Notes: a model not told the origin generated them from the letters alone. A DNA stretch of 64,000 nt from Octopus bimaculoides (GCF_001194135.2 NC_068982.1:44837026-44901025); one strand, 5' to 3'. Positions 1 through 13,089 are shown, counted from the first letter of the stretch. Program-made: numbers and translations.

Positions 1-563
1 CATATATGTGTCTGTTTAGATGTTTGCAATCTGCAATTCACATGAGAAAGTGATGAACTATAGATGGTGATGGTTGACATTTCCCAGCGTATGAATCATT
101 CACAAGCTCTGTGCTTTTGAAGACAGCTAGAATGAAAACTCCCTTACTTGAAAAAAAACCATTTAAGGGTCAGTAACAGAAAATGCACCCGGCAATTAAA
201 CAATACCTTAATAATGTTTTAGTCTCACCCACGTCTACATGAGAAAAAAATAGACGAACATGAAATGACTGAACAAATGAACTTAACAAAGTGAGGAAAA
301 CACCCAGGAGTGCTTGCTGTGTAAAAGCTTAATAGTAAGGGATTTGATGAATAACAAATATACAATCACTTTTTGTCATGAGTACAGAGATAAGTTAAAG
401 AAGCACATCTGATACAGACAAGTGAAGCCATTAACTATAATATAAATGCTTATCTAAGATAAATAAAAATTGATTGGATATTTTTTTTTTTATTCATATA
501 TTTATCAATCTATTTCTGGTGAAGAACTGAATTAGGTGGAGCTGCTCTTCTCGGTGCATCTGG

Positions 564-681
<118 letters not shown>

Positions 682-682
682 C

Positions 683-1023
683 CTTTTATGTTTCATCTGT
701 TTCAGTCACTAGACTGTGGCCATGCTGGAGCAGCGCCTTAAAAAACTTTTAATAGGATGAATTGAACCTAGTGCTTATTTTTTTTTTAAAGCTTAGTACT
801 TATACTGTTTGTCTCTTTTTGTCAAACCACTAAGTTACAGGGACATAAACACACCAATATCAGTTGTCAGACACAAAAACACACACATACATATATACAA
901 TGGTCTTCTTTCAGTTTACATCTACCAAATCCACTCACAAGGCTTTGGTCAACCAGGAGCTGTAGTAGAAGACACTTGCCCAAGGTGACCATGCAGTGGG
1001 ACTAAACCTGGAACCATGTGGTT
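683..1023 (-). mobile_element. tRNA-derived SINE, family A (degenerate copy)
   Basis: Colinear with the near-intact copy at 6274-6680 (TTTCAGTCA..GACTGTGGCCATGCTGGAGCA...GAAGACACTTGCCCAAGGTG...GGAACCATGTGG). Confidence 0.85.
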
Positions 1024-1801
1024 TTAATCATTAGACTGTAGCATTGCTGAGATATGACCTTTTAGGTCAATCACATCGATCTCCATTCTTTATTAGTATT
1101 TATTTTTCCACTTATAGTTATTTTATATACCTCAGCAGGAATGAAAGACAATATGGATTGGACAGAATTTGAAATAATGTATAAATGGACATAACTAAAA
1201 CATCACAAGCTATTTGGCCCAATGCCCTACTAATGTCAACATGTATGGCTGCCTAGTTAGTGTTCAACTCACAGTCATTGAGTCTTGGGTTTGATTTTCA
1301 AACTAAACTGTGTATCATGTCCTTGTCCACTCCAGTCCACTCAGATGAGAATGAGTTCCAGTGGTACCTGGGGTGAAGGTAACTCATTTAGGGAGCGGTC
1401 ATGTAATTTCAGTTGTCTGAATGTCTCAGAATTCCAGATAGCATCGTATTTCATGAGCCTGTAGGCTTGAGGCAGTCTTATTTTGATTTATACTAATACA
1501 CCTTCCATTTCATATTTGCTTATCTAACATTCCTCCTGGACGAAACACTTGTCTGTTACAAGGTTAGCTATTTGCAGCTGAGTAGACTGGAGCAACATGC
1601 TCAAGAACGCAATTTGCCACCAGTCTGAGAATCAAAACCATGATTTTGCAAAAGTGAGTGTAACACCCCCATCACTAGCCCGCATACATTCAGACATACA
1701 CACATACCCTTATATATACATGTATACATATGTGTGTGTATTTTATATATATATATATGTATATACATATTATATTTATATATTTGTTTGTTTTATTTAT
1801 A

Positions 1802-1841
<40 letters not shown>

Positions 1842-2592
1842 GTCTTCAAGACAAATAGGCGAAGAATTATATATATTGACTGTACAACCATCTGAATTGG
1901 TTTATTTGATGGAGGGTGGGGGTGCAGTTTTGTTTTTGTTGTATAAGTGTTTTTTTTCTTTCATCTATTTTTTTTTTTTACACTAAACAATTTATTTTTG
2001 TGAGGATTTATCAGTTGATATTTGATGTGTTTTTCTCACAAGAACATTATTTAAACTTTCAAAGCAAGATACTTGTGTTAAAAAAAATTATTTTTGAATA
2101 AAAATAATAATAATAATAATAAACACATATAATGGAGCTGGCTAATGTATGCAGAAATTTGTAAGAGCTTTTGCATGAGTCGGTGGTGATGTAGAAACAG
2201 ATGTTGATAAATTCATGACTAAATTTGTCAATAATTAAGAGAAAGTTATTGAATCATGTGGGAAAAGAGAAATACCTAGATTATAGTAGCATAATCTTTT
2301 AGGCTAATCTCATAGAGAGCATCAAATGATTTTATTTTCAAAGAGCTATGTTAACCCCCGGCAAGGAGTCATGGCTTAGTAATGATTATGTACATAATGA
2401 AATACTCCATATATATACATTACACAGAGCATGACTGTGTTTATCCATTTAAATGTTTTTCGCTCTCTGTAAGAGGGACAGCTCGAAAATGTCAGATTCC
2501 TTTTCCTATCTGCAACACATAAATTTATCTGAGCTCATAAACTTTGCTTTGTATGTATGCATGTATGTATATATGTATGCACACACACACAC

Positions 2593-2648
<56 letters not shown>

Positions 2649-3409
2649 CGCAGACATACACATGCATTGAAAATTTTCTGAATGAAAGATCAAAGAAATC
2701 AAAATCTAAAGAGGTTTCAATGTTCTGAAATAACTTTGCTTCATTTACAGATTCTAAATATTTTAGTTTCTGAAGTTATGCTGGAATTAGTGAAAGCAGA
2801 GATTCTCAGAGTTCATGCATAGGAAGCAATTCCCAAAACCATGAGGGTTTAAATTCAGCCATGCCTGCACCTATATGAATGGATGGATGGATGGATTGTA
2901 TATCATATATCATGCCATCATCAGTTTCATCATCAACAGCATCATCATCTCCATCATCTTCATTATTCAACATACATGTTCCATAGTGGCATGTGGCGGG
3001 TGGTAAGACAGGTTCCAATGGCTCCAAATACTGCATTGCACTCCATTGTCTACCTTGACATGATGGTTCCTGTGACTGCTTGCCCTTCCTAATGCCAGCC
3101 ATTTTTCAGGGCACCAGCACTAGTGAGGTTGCCATCTAACTTCCAAGACCATGAACTCAGAAGGTGGCTTTATGCACAGAGCTGCAAAGTCAAAGTATGA
3201 GAGACAGGGCTCCTGGAGAAGAGGGTCTTTTGCTGTAGAAGGTTTACATAGCTACTCGCTTTTGGAAGAGGGCATGGTGATAGTGTAATTCAAGTGGAGT
3301 TGCATACATTTGTGTGTGTATGCATGATGATTTATAGCAGACAATGTAATCTATACATTTATACAGAAATATATATATACATATATTTACATATATATAT
3401 ATATATATA

Positions 3410-4143
3410 NNNNNNNNNNNNNNNNNNNNNNNNNNNNNNNNNNNNNNNNNNNNNNNNNNNNNNNNNNNNNNNNNNNNNNNNNNNNNNNNNNNNNNNNNNN
3501 NNNNNNNNNNNNNNNNNNNNNNNNNNNNNNNNNNNNNNNNNNNNNNNNNNNNNNNNNNNNNNNNNNNNNNNNNNNNNNNNNNNNNNNNNNNNNNNNNNNN
3601 NNNNNNNNNNNNNNNNNNNNNNNNNNNNNNNNNNNNNNNNNNNNNNNNNNNNNNNNNNNNNNNNNNNNNNNNNNNNNNNNNNNNNNNNNNNNNNNNNNNN
3701 NNNNNNNNNNNNNNNNNNNNNNNNNNNNNNNNNNNNNNNNNNNNNNNNNNNNNNNNNNNNNNNNNNNNNNNNNNNNNNNNNNNNNNNNNNNNNNNNNNNN
3801 NNNNNNNNNNNNNNNNNNNNNNNNNNNNNNNNNNNNNNNNNNNNNNNNNNNNNNNNNNNNNNNNNNNNNNNNNNNNNNNNNNNNNNNNNNNNNNNNNNNN
3901 NNNNNNNNNNNNNNNNNNNNNNNNNNNNNNNNNNNNNNNNNNNNNNNNNNNNNNNNNNNNNNNNNNNNNNNNNNNNNNNNNNNNNNNNNNNNNNNNNNNN
4001 NNNNNNNNNNNNNNNNNNNNNNNNNNNNNNNNNNNNNNNNNNNNNNNNNNNNNNNNNNNNNNNNNNNNNNNNNNNNNNNNNNNNNNNNNNNNNNNNNNNN
4101 NNNNNNNNNNNNNNNNNNNNNNNNNNNNNNNNNNNNNNNNNNN
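3410..4143. other. Assembly gap (N-run). Others at 7795-7804, 8749-9333, 10239-10248, 31905-32214, 42107-42406, 43835-44395, 47484-47799, 56455-56464
   Basis: Runs of N, mostly bordered by (TA)n/(CA)n/(TG)n or other simple repeats, typical of short-read assembly breaks. Confidence 0.99.
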
Positions 4144-4198
4144 ACATATATATTTATATATATATATGTGTGTAATTTAGTAAGTATGAATGTATGAA

Positions 4199-4232
<34 letters not shown>

Positions 4233-4700
4233 TGGAAGATATATGTATAATATGCGTGTGTGCATGTGTATGTAAGTATGTGTGTGTGTATGTGTGTGCA
4301 TGTGCATATGTACATATCTATTAAACTAATCTACTCTCAATATTTTGTTGATATAAGCTAACTTTTATGGTCTCCTCAGAGGAATCATTAAAACTCCAAT
4401 ACCTCAATCTCGTAAAACGTGATACCCTATCAAAATTTATAGTTGTATTAGAGTGAATCAGTAAGCAATTGAAACATGGTATGAATGAAATACCAGTTGT
4501 TACTTAGTTGCAATTAATTTAGTTTCGATAAGTACTCGAATATGTTGGAGTGTTGAGAAAACTACCTGCGAGCTCAGAAATGATGACTTAGCTTTCAATT
4601 CTGCCTTCTTGCTAGGATACAGATTGGTTACATTCTTTATAACTATACCCTATAGATGCTCTATGGGATTTAGCTCTGTTGGCTTTCTTGCTTAAGGAGA

Positions 4701-4862
4701 CATGTTGATGTGATGATCAGCATATTAAGTAGTGATTTTGTTCTGGTAATACATACAAGTAACAAATTTTATTGCAACAGAAATCCTACCTCACCATATA
4801 ACCTGTCAACTGACAAGAGTTTTATATCCTTCAAGCAGTCTTGGTACACTGCCTGCCCTGAC
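4701..4862 (+). repeat. Dispersed ~160-bp repeat, copy 1 (copy 2 at 5777-5941)
   Basis: Shared blocks CATGTTGAT.TGATGATCAGCATAT, TTATTGCAACAGAAATCCTA and TGTCA.CTGACAAGAGTTT in the same order and orientation. Confidence 0.8.
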
Positions 4863-5039
4863 CATGTTGGAGGGTTGAGAAAAACCACTTGTAACACAGC
4901 TCAGCAGCAATGATAGCCTTGGTAGTATTGCTATTAGCCTTCAGTTCTGCCCGATTGCCAGGATATAGATTTGTAGCAAGAGACAATTTCTATTATTGCA
5001 TTCTGAAAACATTTGAGTTATATAAGCTCATCATGTTAA

Positions 5040-5260
5040 CCCTTTCGTTACCAACCCGGCTGAAACCGGCTCTGGCTCTGAGTACAAATGTCTTGTTTTC
5101 ATAAGTTTTGAATTAAAATCTTCCACCAAACCTTAGTCACAATTTAGTGTTCCTAACACTAGCTGAATGATAACTAAGCTATTTTACTAAATTTTTTGTT
5201 ATATTTGAAGTAATTGAAAGAAACACAGAGCATCTCAGAATAAATACAGTAATGAAAGGG
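5040..5260. mobile_element. piggyBac-type MITE (221 bp), family M1
   Basis: TTAA|CCCTTTCGTTAC ... GTAATGAAAGGG|TTAA: 12-bp terminal inverted repeats (1 mismatch), TTAA target duplication, no coding capacity. Confidence 0.85.
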
Positions 5261-5272
5261 TTAATCTGTAGT

Positions 5273-5521
5273 GATTGGTTAACATACCTATCATGTGAGT
5301 GTTTGGACAACGTTTTGAGTCCTGTGTTATAATTGGTTGAGTGTTGCACAGTGGGGATTGGATCAAAGGTCCAATCACATTTTATTTCAAATAACTAATC
5401 CTGTGAATTGGTGAAACAGATTATTTATGAGTCAAAAGGGGTGAGAGTTTTTCATCAAGGCAAGTTATACAGATCTTGCTGCTTCGAGGAAAATTAACAT
5501 AATAGAGCCCATGTAACCAAT
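5273..5521. promoter_or_regulatory. Candidate cis-regulatory cluster (6 CCAAT boxes, TCF/LEF-like site, AP-1 site)
   Basis: ATTGG/CCAAT at ~5275, 5332, 5357, 5371, 5407, 5517; GATTGGA-TCAAAGG-TCCAATC; TGAGTCA at ~5428. Motif content only. Confidence 0.3.
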
Positions 5522-6273
5522 GATGACCCAACTGAACTATTAAAATAATGAATGAACAACAACCAACAAAATTTGTAATGTTTCTTGCTTTGATCCACTG
5601 TACCACTGGTCTCTTTTGTTTCTTCTACAAACGAACACGCAAAATATATTATACAATGATATACATGATTCTTAAGTAAAACCAAGGGAGACTTTAAACC
5701 CTTACATAAAAGATTGGTCTCATTTTTTTTTTAGCTATATGAGATTCAGCTCTTTTGAATTATTTACCTAAGGGAGCATGTTGATATGATGATCAGCATA
5801 TCAAGCAGAGGTTCTGTTCTAGTACTACATGCAGCTGACAAATCTTATTGCAACAGAAATCCTATATTAACACATAACTTGTCAGCTGACAAGAGTTTCT
5901 AAATGCTCCAAGCTCCCTTTGTACCACAGCCTTGCTTTGACTGAATCTCTGAGTAACTATATTGGTATGGGATGCCATGTTATATGCATCCATACATATG
6001 ACATGGCACCCCATACCATTGCTGACTGCAGGTGGCTTCAAACAGGTGGAGTTGCAGAGAGTTCATGGATTGGCTAGAAAAGCACAGAATCTTAAGAGCA
6101 GAATTTTCCAACTAGTAGTAAAGCATTTTAGATTTAGTGAGCCTAAAACTATTGAACTTTTGATGTTTTATCTTAACTGACACAAATATCCATTCTAATT
6201 TTCTGAGATATGACAAAATACTTATCTGTCTGTCTGCCTATTTATCTTTCTGTGTTTGTATGTTTGTGAGTAT

Positions 6274-6678
6274 ACTCTTACTCTTTACTCTTTTACTTGT
6301 TTCAGTCATTTGACTGTGGCCATGCTGGAGCACCGCCTTTAGTCGAGCAAATCGACTCCAGGACTTATTCTTTGTAAGCCCAGTACTTATTCTCTCAGTC
6401 TTTTTTGCTGGACCGCTAAGTTACGGCGACGTAAACACACCAGCATCGGTTGTCAAGCGATGTTGGGGGGACAAACACAGACACATAAATATATACACAC
6501 ACATATATATATATACATATATACGATGGGCTTCTTTCAGTTTCCATCTGCCAAATCCACTCACATGGTTTTGGTCGGCCTGAGGCTATAGTAGAAGACA
6601 CTTGCCCAAGGTGCCACGCAGTGGGACTGAACCCGGAACCATGTGGTTCGTAAGCAAGCTACTTACCACACAGCCACT

Positions 6679-6680
<2 letters not shown>
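6274..6680 (-). mobile_element. tRNA-derived SINE, family A, near full length
   Basis: Minus strand starts GGAGTGGCTGTGTGG (A-box-like), has GGGTTCAGTCCC (B-box-like), an internal (TA/TG) tract and an AGTAAAAGAGT-type repeated tail; many homologues in the window. Confidence 0.92.
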
Positions 6681-6719
<39 letters not shown>

Positions 6720-6725
6720 CCTTAG

Positions 6726-7430
6726 CTATAAGCATGATAGTGTAATTAAAACGTTCACTTTGCAACCACATGTTTTCAGGTTCAGTGCCATTGTGAGGCA
6801 CTTAGGCAAGTGTTTCAACTATAATCCCAAGTTGAATAATGCCTTGTGAGGGAATGTACAAGGCAGAAACTATGCAAAATCTCACCATATATGTGTGGGA
6901 TGGGGATGCGAATGTGCATCTTTGTGTTTGTATTTGTCTTGCACTGCATGATAACAGGCATTGCCTCTTTACAACCCTGTACCTTAAGGATTTTATACAC
7001 ACACAAACACACAAACACACAAACACACAAACACACACGCACCCACACATATATGGTGCATGTATGTCTGTGTGGTAAGACATGGTTCTGGATTCAGTTC
7101 CACTGACTTGCACTTTGGGCAAGTCTTTTCTACGAAAGTCCTGAGCCAATCAAAACCTTGTAAGTGGATTTGGTAGGCAGAAACTGAAAGAAGCCCGCCA
7201 TATATGTGTATGTTTGTATGTGTGTGAGTGTGTGTGTGCATGCATGTGTGTGGTAGTATGAGTATGTGTGTTGTGACTTCTTGTCTTGACATCACATGAT
7301 AGTTGTAAATGAGTGTCACTGTCATACAAGCAGTGTTGTTAATCATATCCAATATTCTGCAAGAATATATCTGGTTAAGGACAACTCTCTGTATATACCA
7401 AACCATACAGAACATAAAGAACTATGCAGA
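6726..7430 (+). mobile_element. Two degenerate family A SINE copies (heads at ~6726 and ~7066)
   Basis: AACCACATG..GGTTCAGT..GGCAAGTG and GTGGATTTGGTAGGCAGAAACTGAAAGAAGCCC match the reverse complement of 6274-6680. Confidence 0.75.
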
Positions 7431-7735
7431 ACAGAATTCCTACTAAATCTATAAATGTACTAATGTGTCTCATGAATAATAATTACATTATATTACTTAA
7501 TGAAGTAGCAATCACAAACAAGTAGCAAAATAACAACTTTAATTGGCATTATATGCACGACCTTCATGTACTTTCATATTAACATAGTTTTATGTGGTTA
7601 TTGTGAACATTCAGCTTTTGGAAACAGTGGAATTTTGAGTAATGAGACAGCAAAACATTTATCCGCAATCATTTTGGTGTCACCTTCTTATAATGTTACC
7701 TAGTGCAGCCTGCTCACATAAACCTCAAATGGTAC

Positions 7736-7772
<37 letters not shown>

Positions 7773-8577
7773 TGTCTGTCTGTATGTATGTATGNNNNNN
7801 NNNNTGTGTGTGTGTGTGTGTGTGTGTGTCTGTCTGTCTGTATGTATGTATGGCTCTATCAATCTATCTATATGTCTATCTATCTCTACATATGTATCTA
7901 TGTATGTAAATGTATTTGTGTGTGTATATTTATGTGTGTGTGTGTGTGTGTGTGTATGTATATGTATATATATATAAATGTATATATATATATATATATA
8001 TGTATGCCAACTGAAGATTATAGTGACTCTGATAATATGAGGCACTAATGAGATTGATATTCCGAATCATTCCCAGTTCCTACATATGTCTGTGTGTGCA
8101 TTTCTTGCTCGTGTGTATGAGTGTCCATATACATGCATACATGCATACATACATACATACATACATACATACATACATACATACATACATACATACATAC
8201 ATGCATGCATGCATACATGGCAATGCCTCTGTGGTTAAGAAATTTGCTTCACAGCCATGTGATTTTAGGTTCAGTCCAACTGTATGGGACCTTTGGCAAG
8301 TCTCTTCTTGTATAACCCTGGGCTCACCATTACCTTATGAGTGAACTTTCTTGATGGAAACTGGACAAACCATATTGGATGCATATATACATGCATACAT
8401 CATCATTGTCATCATCAATTTAACATCAACTTTCCATACTTGCTTGGAAGAACTTTTTGACATAGATTTTTTTACTGCCAGATGACAACCCTTACCTGTT
8501 ACAAAGTATTCCCATGCAAAGACATGTTTCCACAAAAATTGGAAACAAAGGACACTGCTTATATGATGGTGACATTT

Positions 8578-8748
8578 TACTCTTTTTTTACTCTTTTACT
8601 TGTTTCAGTAATTTGACTGCGGCCATGCTGGAGCACCGCCTTTAGTCGAGCAAATCGACCCCAGGACTTATTCTTTGTAAGCCTAGTACTTATTCTATCA
8701 GTCTCTTTTGCCAAACCACTAAGTTACCGGTACGTAAACACACCAGCA
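8578..8748 (-). mobile_element. Family A SINE 3' part, cut by assembly gap
   Basis: Near-identical to 6285-6445. Confidence 0.9.
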
Positions 8749-9424
8749 NNNNNNNNNNNNNNNNNNNNNNNNNNNNNNNNNNNNNNNNNNNNNNNNNNNN
8801 NNNNNNNNNNNNNNNNNNNNNNNNNNNNNNNNNNNNNNNNNNNNNNNNNNNNNNNNNNNNNNNNNNNNNNNNNNNNNNNNNNNNNNNNNNNNNNNNNNNN
8901 NNNNNNNNNNNNNNNNNNNNNNNNNNNNNNNNNNNNNNNNNNNNNNNNNNNNNNNNNNNNNNNNNNNNNNNNNNNNNNNNNNNNNNNNNNNNNNNNNNNN
9001 NNNNNNNNNNNNNNNNNNNNNNNNNNNNNNNNNNNNNNNNNNNNNNNNNNNNNNNNNNNNNNNNNNNNNNNNNNNNNNNNNNNNNNNNNNNNNNNNNNNN
9101 NNNNNNNNNNNNNNNNNNNNNNNNNNNNNNNNNNNNNNNNNNNNNNNNNNNNNNNNNNNNNNNNNNNNNNNNNNNNNNNNNNNNNNNNNNNNNNNNNNNN
9201 NNNNNNNNNNNNNNNNNNNNNNNNNNNNNNNNNNNNNNNNNNNNNNNNNNNNNNNNNNNNNNNNNNNNNNNNNNNNNNNNNNNNNNNNNNNNNNNNNNNN
9301 NNNNNNNNNNNNNNNNNNNNNNNNNNNNNNNNNTGATAAATTAACTACCAGTGAAAACTGGGGTCAATGTAATCAACCAGTCCCCTCCCCACAAATTTCA
9401 GGCTTTGTGCCTTTAGTAGAAAAG

Positions 9425-9426
<2 letters not shown>

Positions 9427-9496
<70 letters not shown>

Positions 9497-9497
9497 T
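9427..9497. repeat. (TTA)n microsatellite forming the tail of a family B SINE
   Basis: Directly follows the family B 3' end ...TTTAGTAGAAAAGG. Confidence 0.9.
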
Positions 9498-10029
9498 TAA
9501 CATCTGAGAGCAGTGGATTGGCAAAATGGTCATCATGTTGAACAAAATGCTTAGTGGCATTTCTTCCTGCCCTTTACATTCTGAGTTCAAATCCTGCCGT
9601 GGTCAACTTTACACATCCATTTTAAGATCAATAGCATAAAGTATTGATGTTGATTTCAACAACCAACTCCCTTTAACTGAAACTGTACCACCTGTGCCCA
9701 AATCTGAAGCAATTATTTTAAAATGTTGCAAGCATGGTCTGCTGGATATGTAATATCTGTGTGCATGAACAATGCAGCAAAACTGAGCTGAATGAGAAAC
9801 TAAGTATAAGTGACATCAGATACAGTGTGCAAGAGAGGAAGACAATGCCATTGGTCTAGACATGTGATTGTGATGTGTATACACAGTGACAACTAGATGA
9901 GAAAGTTCTGAGCAATCGAAGCAGAAAACTAAAGAAGACATGGGAAGATGTGGTGAAGGTCGATTTCACCGAAGAATTGACAATGTCAGTAAAAACCTGC
10001 TTTGCTTATTCTAACATGGATAAGCTGGT

Positions 10030-10283
10030 ATAAAATGATGATGATGATGACAATGCCACCGCCAACGGCGACAACAATGACTTTGAGGACAATGATGAAG
10101 ATGAAGGTGGTAGTGATGGTGGTGGTGGTGGTGGTGGTGGTGGTGAGAGTTGCTGCAGCAGCTGTGGTTGTGGCAGTAGGGGCAGTAGCAGTAGTGGTGA
10201 CAACATCAATGATGACAATAACGATGATAAGGATGAGGNNNNNNNNNNGCAGTAGTGGTGACAACATCAATGATGCCAATAAC

Positions 10284-10367
<84 letters not shown>

Positions 10368-10368
10368 G
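10030..10368. repeat. Compound (GAT)n/(GGT)n/(GTT)n triplet repeats
   Basis: Seen directly. Confidence 0.95.
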
Positions 10369-11444
10369 ATGACGGCCAGGAAAATGAGATGCTGCAAAAG
10401 AGCAAGGAAGACATGCTACTGTCACATATTCCTTTATTACAGTATTACTGAAGATGACAGTCCACCAAATGTTCTGGAACTGTACGAAACAGATATAAAT
10501 GAATTCCTACCTACTTACACATGCGCACACTCACACACACAAACACACACATGCATAGAAAGAAATGGTCTTAGCTTCAGCTTTTAAAGCACATTATTAT
10601 ATTCATTGAGCTAGATATAACACAAAAACGTATTCGACAACATTGTCTCTACAGGAAGAAAAACTAGTTCTTATGATTCATTGACTCAAAAGTTGTGTGT
10701 CTAAAACTAAAATACCAGGAGTTAATAATTGCTGTAGTAATTGTTGCCGAAGTTATTGTCCTTGTATACGTTAAAATGCTATTGTTAAAATGTGTATTGC
10801 ATGCAGGTTAACATAATCAATGCTTGTCATTGATTATTAAACAAATCAACATTGAAGCCAAGTGTTAATTTTCAGCTACAACGGTCAATTAATAATCATT
10901 AGGTCGTCATTCCAGATTCTCATGTCGATGTCCTGAGAATTCAGTGGAGACTGGTAATATAAAGTGATGTTGGCTCCACATCAATGAAATAAATGAAATA
11001 ATAGCTAGAAATGGTGGGCAGAAATTGAAAAGAATGTTGCAACAAGTTGTTTACAATGAACCACATTAATATTTTCAAAGTGACTATTGATTGGTTAATT
11101 GATTGATTGATAGATTTCAAAGCTGAAGTTCTGAGAAGAATGGCTGGAGCACTAATTTTTAAGCATGACTTGAATTCAAATAATAAGGTGGTGGTGGTGG
11201 CAGTGGCAGTGGTGATGGTGGTAGTGGTGGCAGTGGTGGTGGTGGTGGTGGTGGTGGTGGTGGTGGTGGTGGTGGTGGTGGTGGTGGTGGCAGCAGTGGT
11301 GTGGTAGTAGTGGTGGTAGTGATGGTGGTGGTCCTTCTTTTCCTGGTGGATCCTTGGAAGAATTAAAGGTTAGCAGTACAGCCTAAGGAAACCCTCATCA
11401 GGTCACGTACCTGTTAATTGACTGACAGGCACTCTGACAGTTAT

Positions 11445-11755
11445 GATGATGAGGGTTCCAGTTAATCGAATCAATGAAACAACCTGCTCTTCAAATGAAT
11501 GTGCAAGCAGCTGATCACTCCACAGACAGACACACATTCCCTTCATGTAGTTCTTAGGGAGATTCAGCGTGACACAGAATGTCATAAGGCTGGCCCTTTG
11601 ATGTATAGGTTCTACTCACTTTTGCCAGCTGAGTGGACTGCAGCAACGTGAAACAAAGTGACTTGCTCAAGGACACAATGCACCGCTGAAAACCAAATTC
11701 ATGACCTTGTGATCATGCATCAAATACTCTAACCACTAAGCCATGTACCTTCACA
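11445..11755 (-). mobile_element. tRNA-derived SINE, family C (CORE-like central domain)
   Basis: Minus strand: GGCTTAGTGGTTAG ... GTGTCCTTGAGCAAGTCACTTTGTTTCACGTTGCTGCAGTCCACTCAGCTGG, resembling the CORE domain GTGACCTTGGGCAAGTCACTT. Confidence 0.75.
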
Positions 11756-12815
11756 TCTGTTAATTATCACAAGGAACAATGCCTCCAGAAAAATGAGCAT
11801 TTTTTTACAGCTAGATATTTTACATCTTTACTAAGAATTTTTCACTTGAAGCACAATGCAAGACTGATGACAAGAATGATTCAAAAACCAATAATCATTT
11901 AATCAGAAAGGCAAACATTGTAAACAAATGTGAATGTGACCTAGGGTCCAAATCTTATAAAGACTGGTGTTTAGCTACAGTTTCTTGGTATTAAACAAAT
12001 GTGAGAGAATCTATTTTTGAAAAGGGTACCCAGTTTACTTCAAGTAACACTTGTAGAAGATTTAGTTCCAGTTCTGAAAGCTAGCTGAAGTGACCTGAAA
12101 AAAGTAGAGATACTCTGTAAAGTTGTTGGTTTTATGATGGGTATCCAGATGCAGAGACTATGCCGAAGAAGATATTGGGGCTTGGCGATGTCCCCTGACT
12201 TACTGGCTCCTGTCAAACTGTCCAACACATGCCAGTATGAAAACATATTAAATGTTGGTAGTGGTGGCAGTCGTGGCAGTGGTGAGGAGGAGAAGGAGGG
12301 GGAGGAGGAGGAGGATGCACTATAGAATATAAGCTGTGGATTTGACTTGAGAATCTACAATAACTTCTGTGCTTATTTAGCTATTTCATTTTTTACATCC
12401 ACACAAAGAAGTCTTCTGCAGTACTCAAACTGGAAAACATTTTTCTGCAAATATTATTTTGCTAAAAACTTTCCTTCTAAAATAATTACTAATCTCATTC
12501 ATATTTATAGATTGTTCAACTAATAAATATTAATGATTTTTTAAGTAACAAAGAAACCAGCCAATTTGCTTCTCATTCCAATATATTAAAATGGTCTGGG
12601 AATAATTTCAGTTGAATGGCTTAAGGTCACAAAACAATCAATGACATAGTGCACCTATTGTTAACAAGTAATGAAATGTACCTCCCTGTGATACTTACTA
12701 ACAGCTCAAACCAGTGGAGGAACTTTTATATCAGGCTTGGACAACCTTTGTCAAAAGCAGGCTACATGAGACATGATTCATCATCAAACAAGTTGCACTA
12801 GTAAAAGCAATTTAA

Positions 12816-13038
12816 CCCCTTAGTATTCAAGATTACTCTGTCAAATGTAATCCCTATTTATTTTCCCATTGTTTTGAATTAATCATGCATTATCTTGTAG
12901 CTTTGAGATTTCATTGATGTGATTGTATATTTGTACAATGATATTGTACAGTAGGTGTGAGAGGCTGGCCGTGGCTGGTTTAAACATGAAACAGTCAGAA
13001 TATTTTGGCCAGATGTGGCTGGTTTAAATGCTAAAGAG
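12816..13038. mobile_element. piggyBac-type MITE (223 bp), family M2 copy 1
   Basis: TTAA|CCCCTTAGTATT ... AATGCTAAAGAG|TTAA; colinear second copy at 39809-40030. Confidence 0.85.
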
Positions 13039-13089
13039 TTAAAGTAATTTTTTTGTTAGGCATACCATTTGATAAGTCCCATAAGCCAT

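Noticed and set aside
3294-4307. Long ORFs spanning N-runs (also 31800-32319, 42014-42736, 43652-44531, 47449-47850)
   Set aside because: Their length comes from X residues across assembly gaps.
6600-6680. tRNA-like sequences with A and B boxes (also 32330-32405, 35410-35495, 27220-27285)
   Set aside because: They are SINE heads continuous with SINE bodies; no complete cloverleaf, so not called tRNA genes.
10185-10290. Apparent direct repeat either side of a 10-N gap (also 7740-7850)
   Set aside because: Near-identical flanks around a fixed 10-N spacer suggest overlapping contig ends or two alleles, not a true duplication.
10440-10500. Possible small exon (SITEDDSPPNVLELYETD on plus; acceptor-like TTTCGTACAG on minus)
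   Set aside because: No credible donor on either strand.
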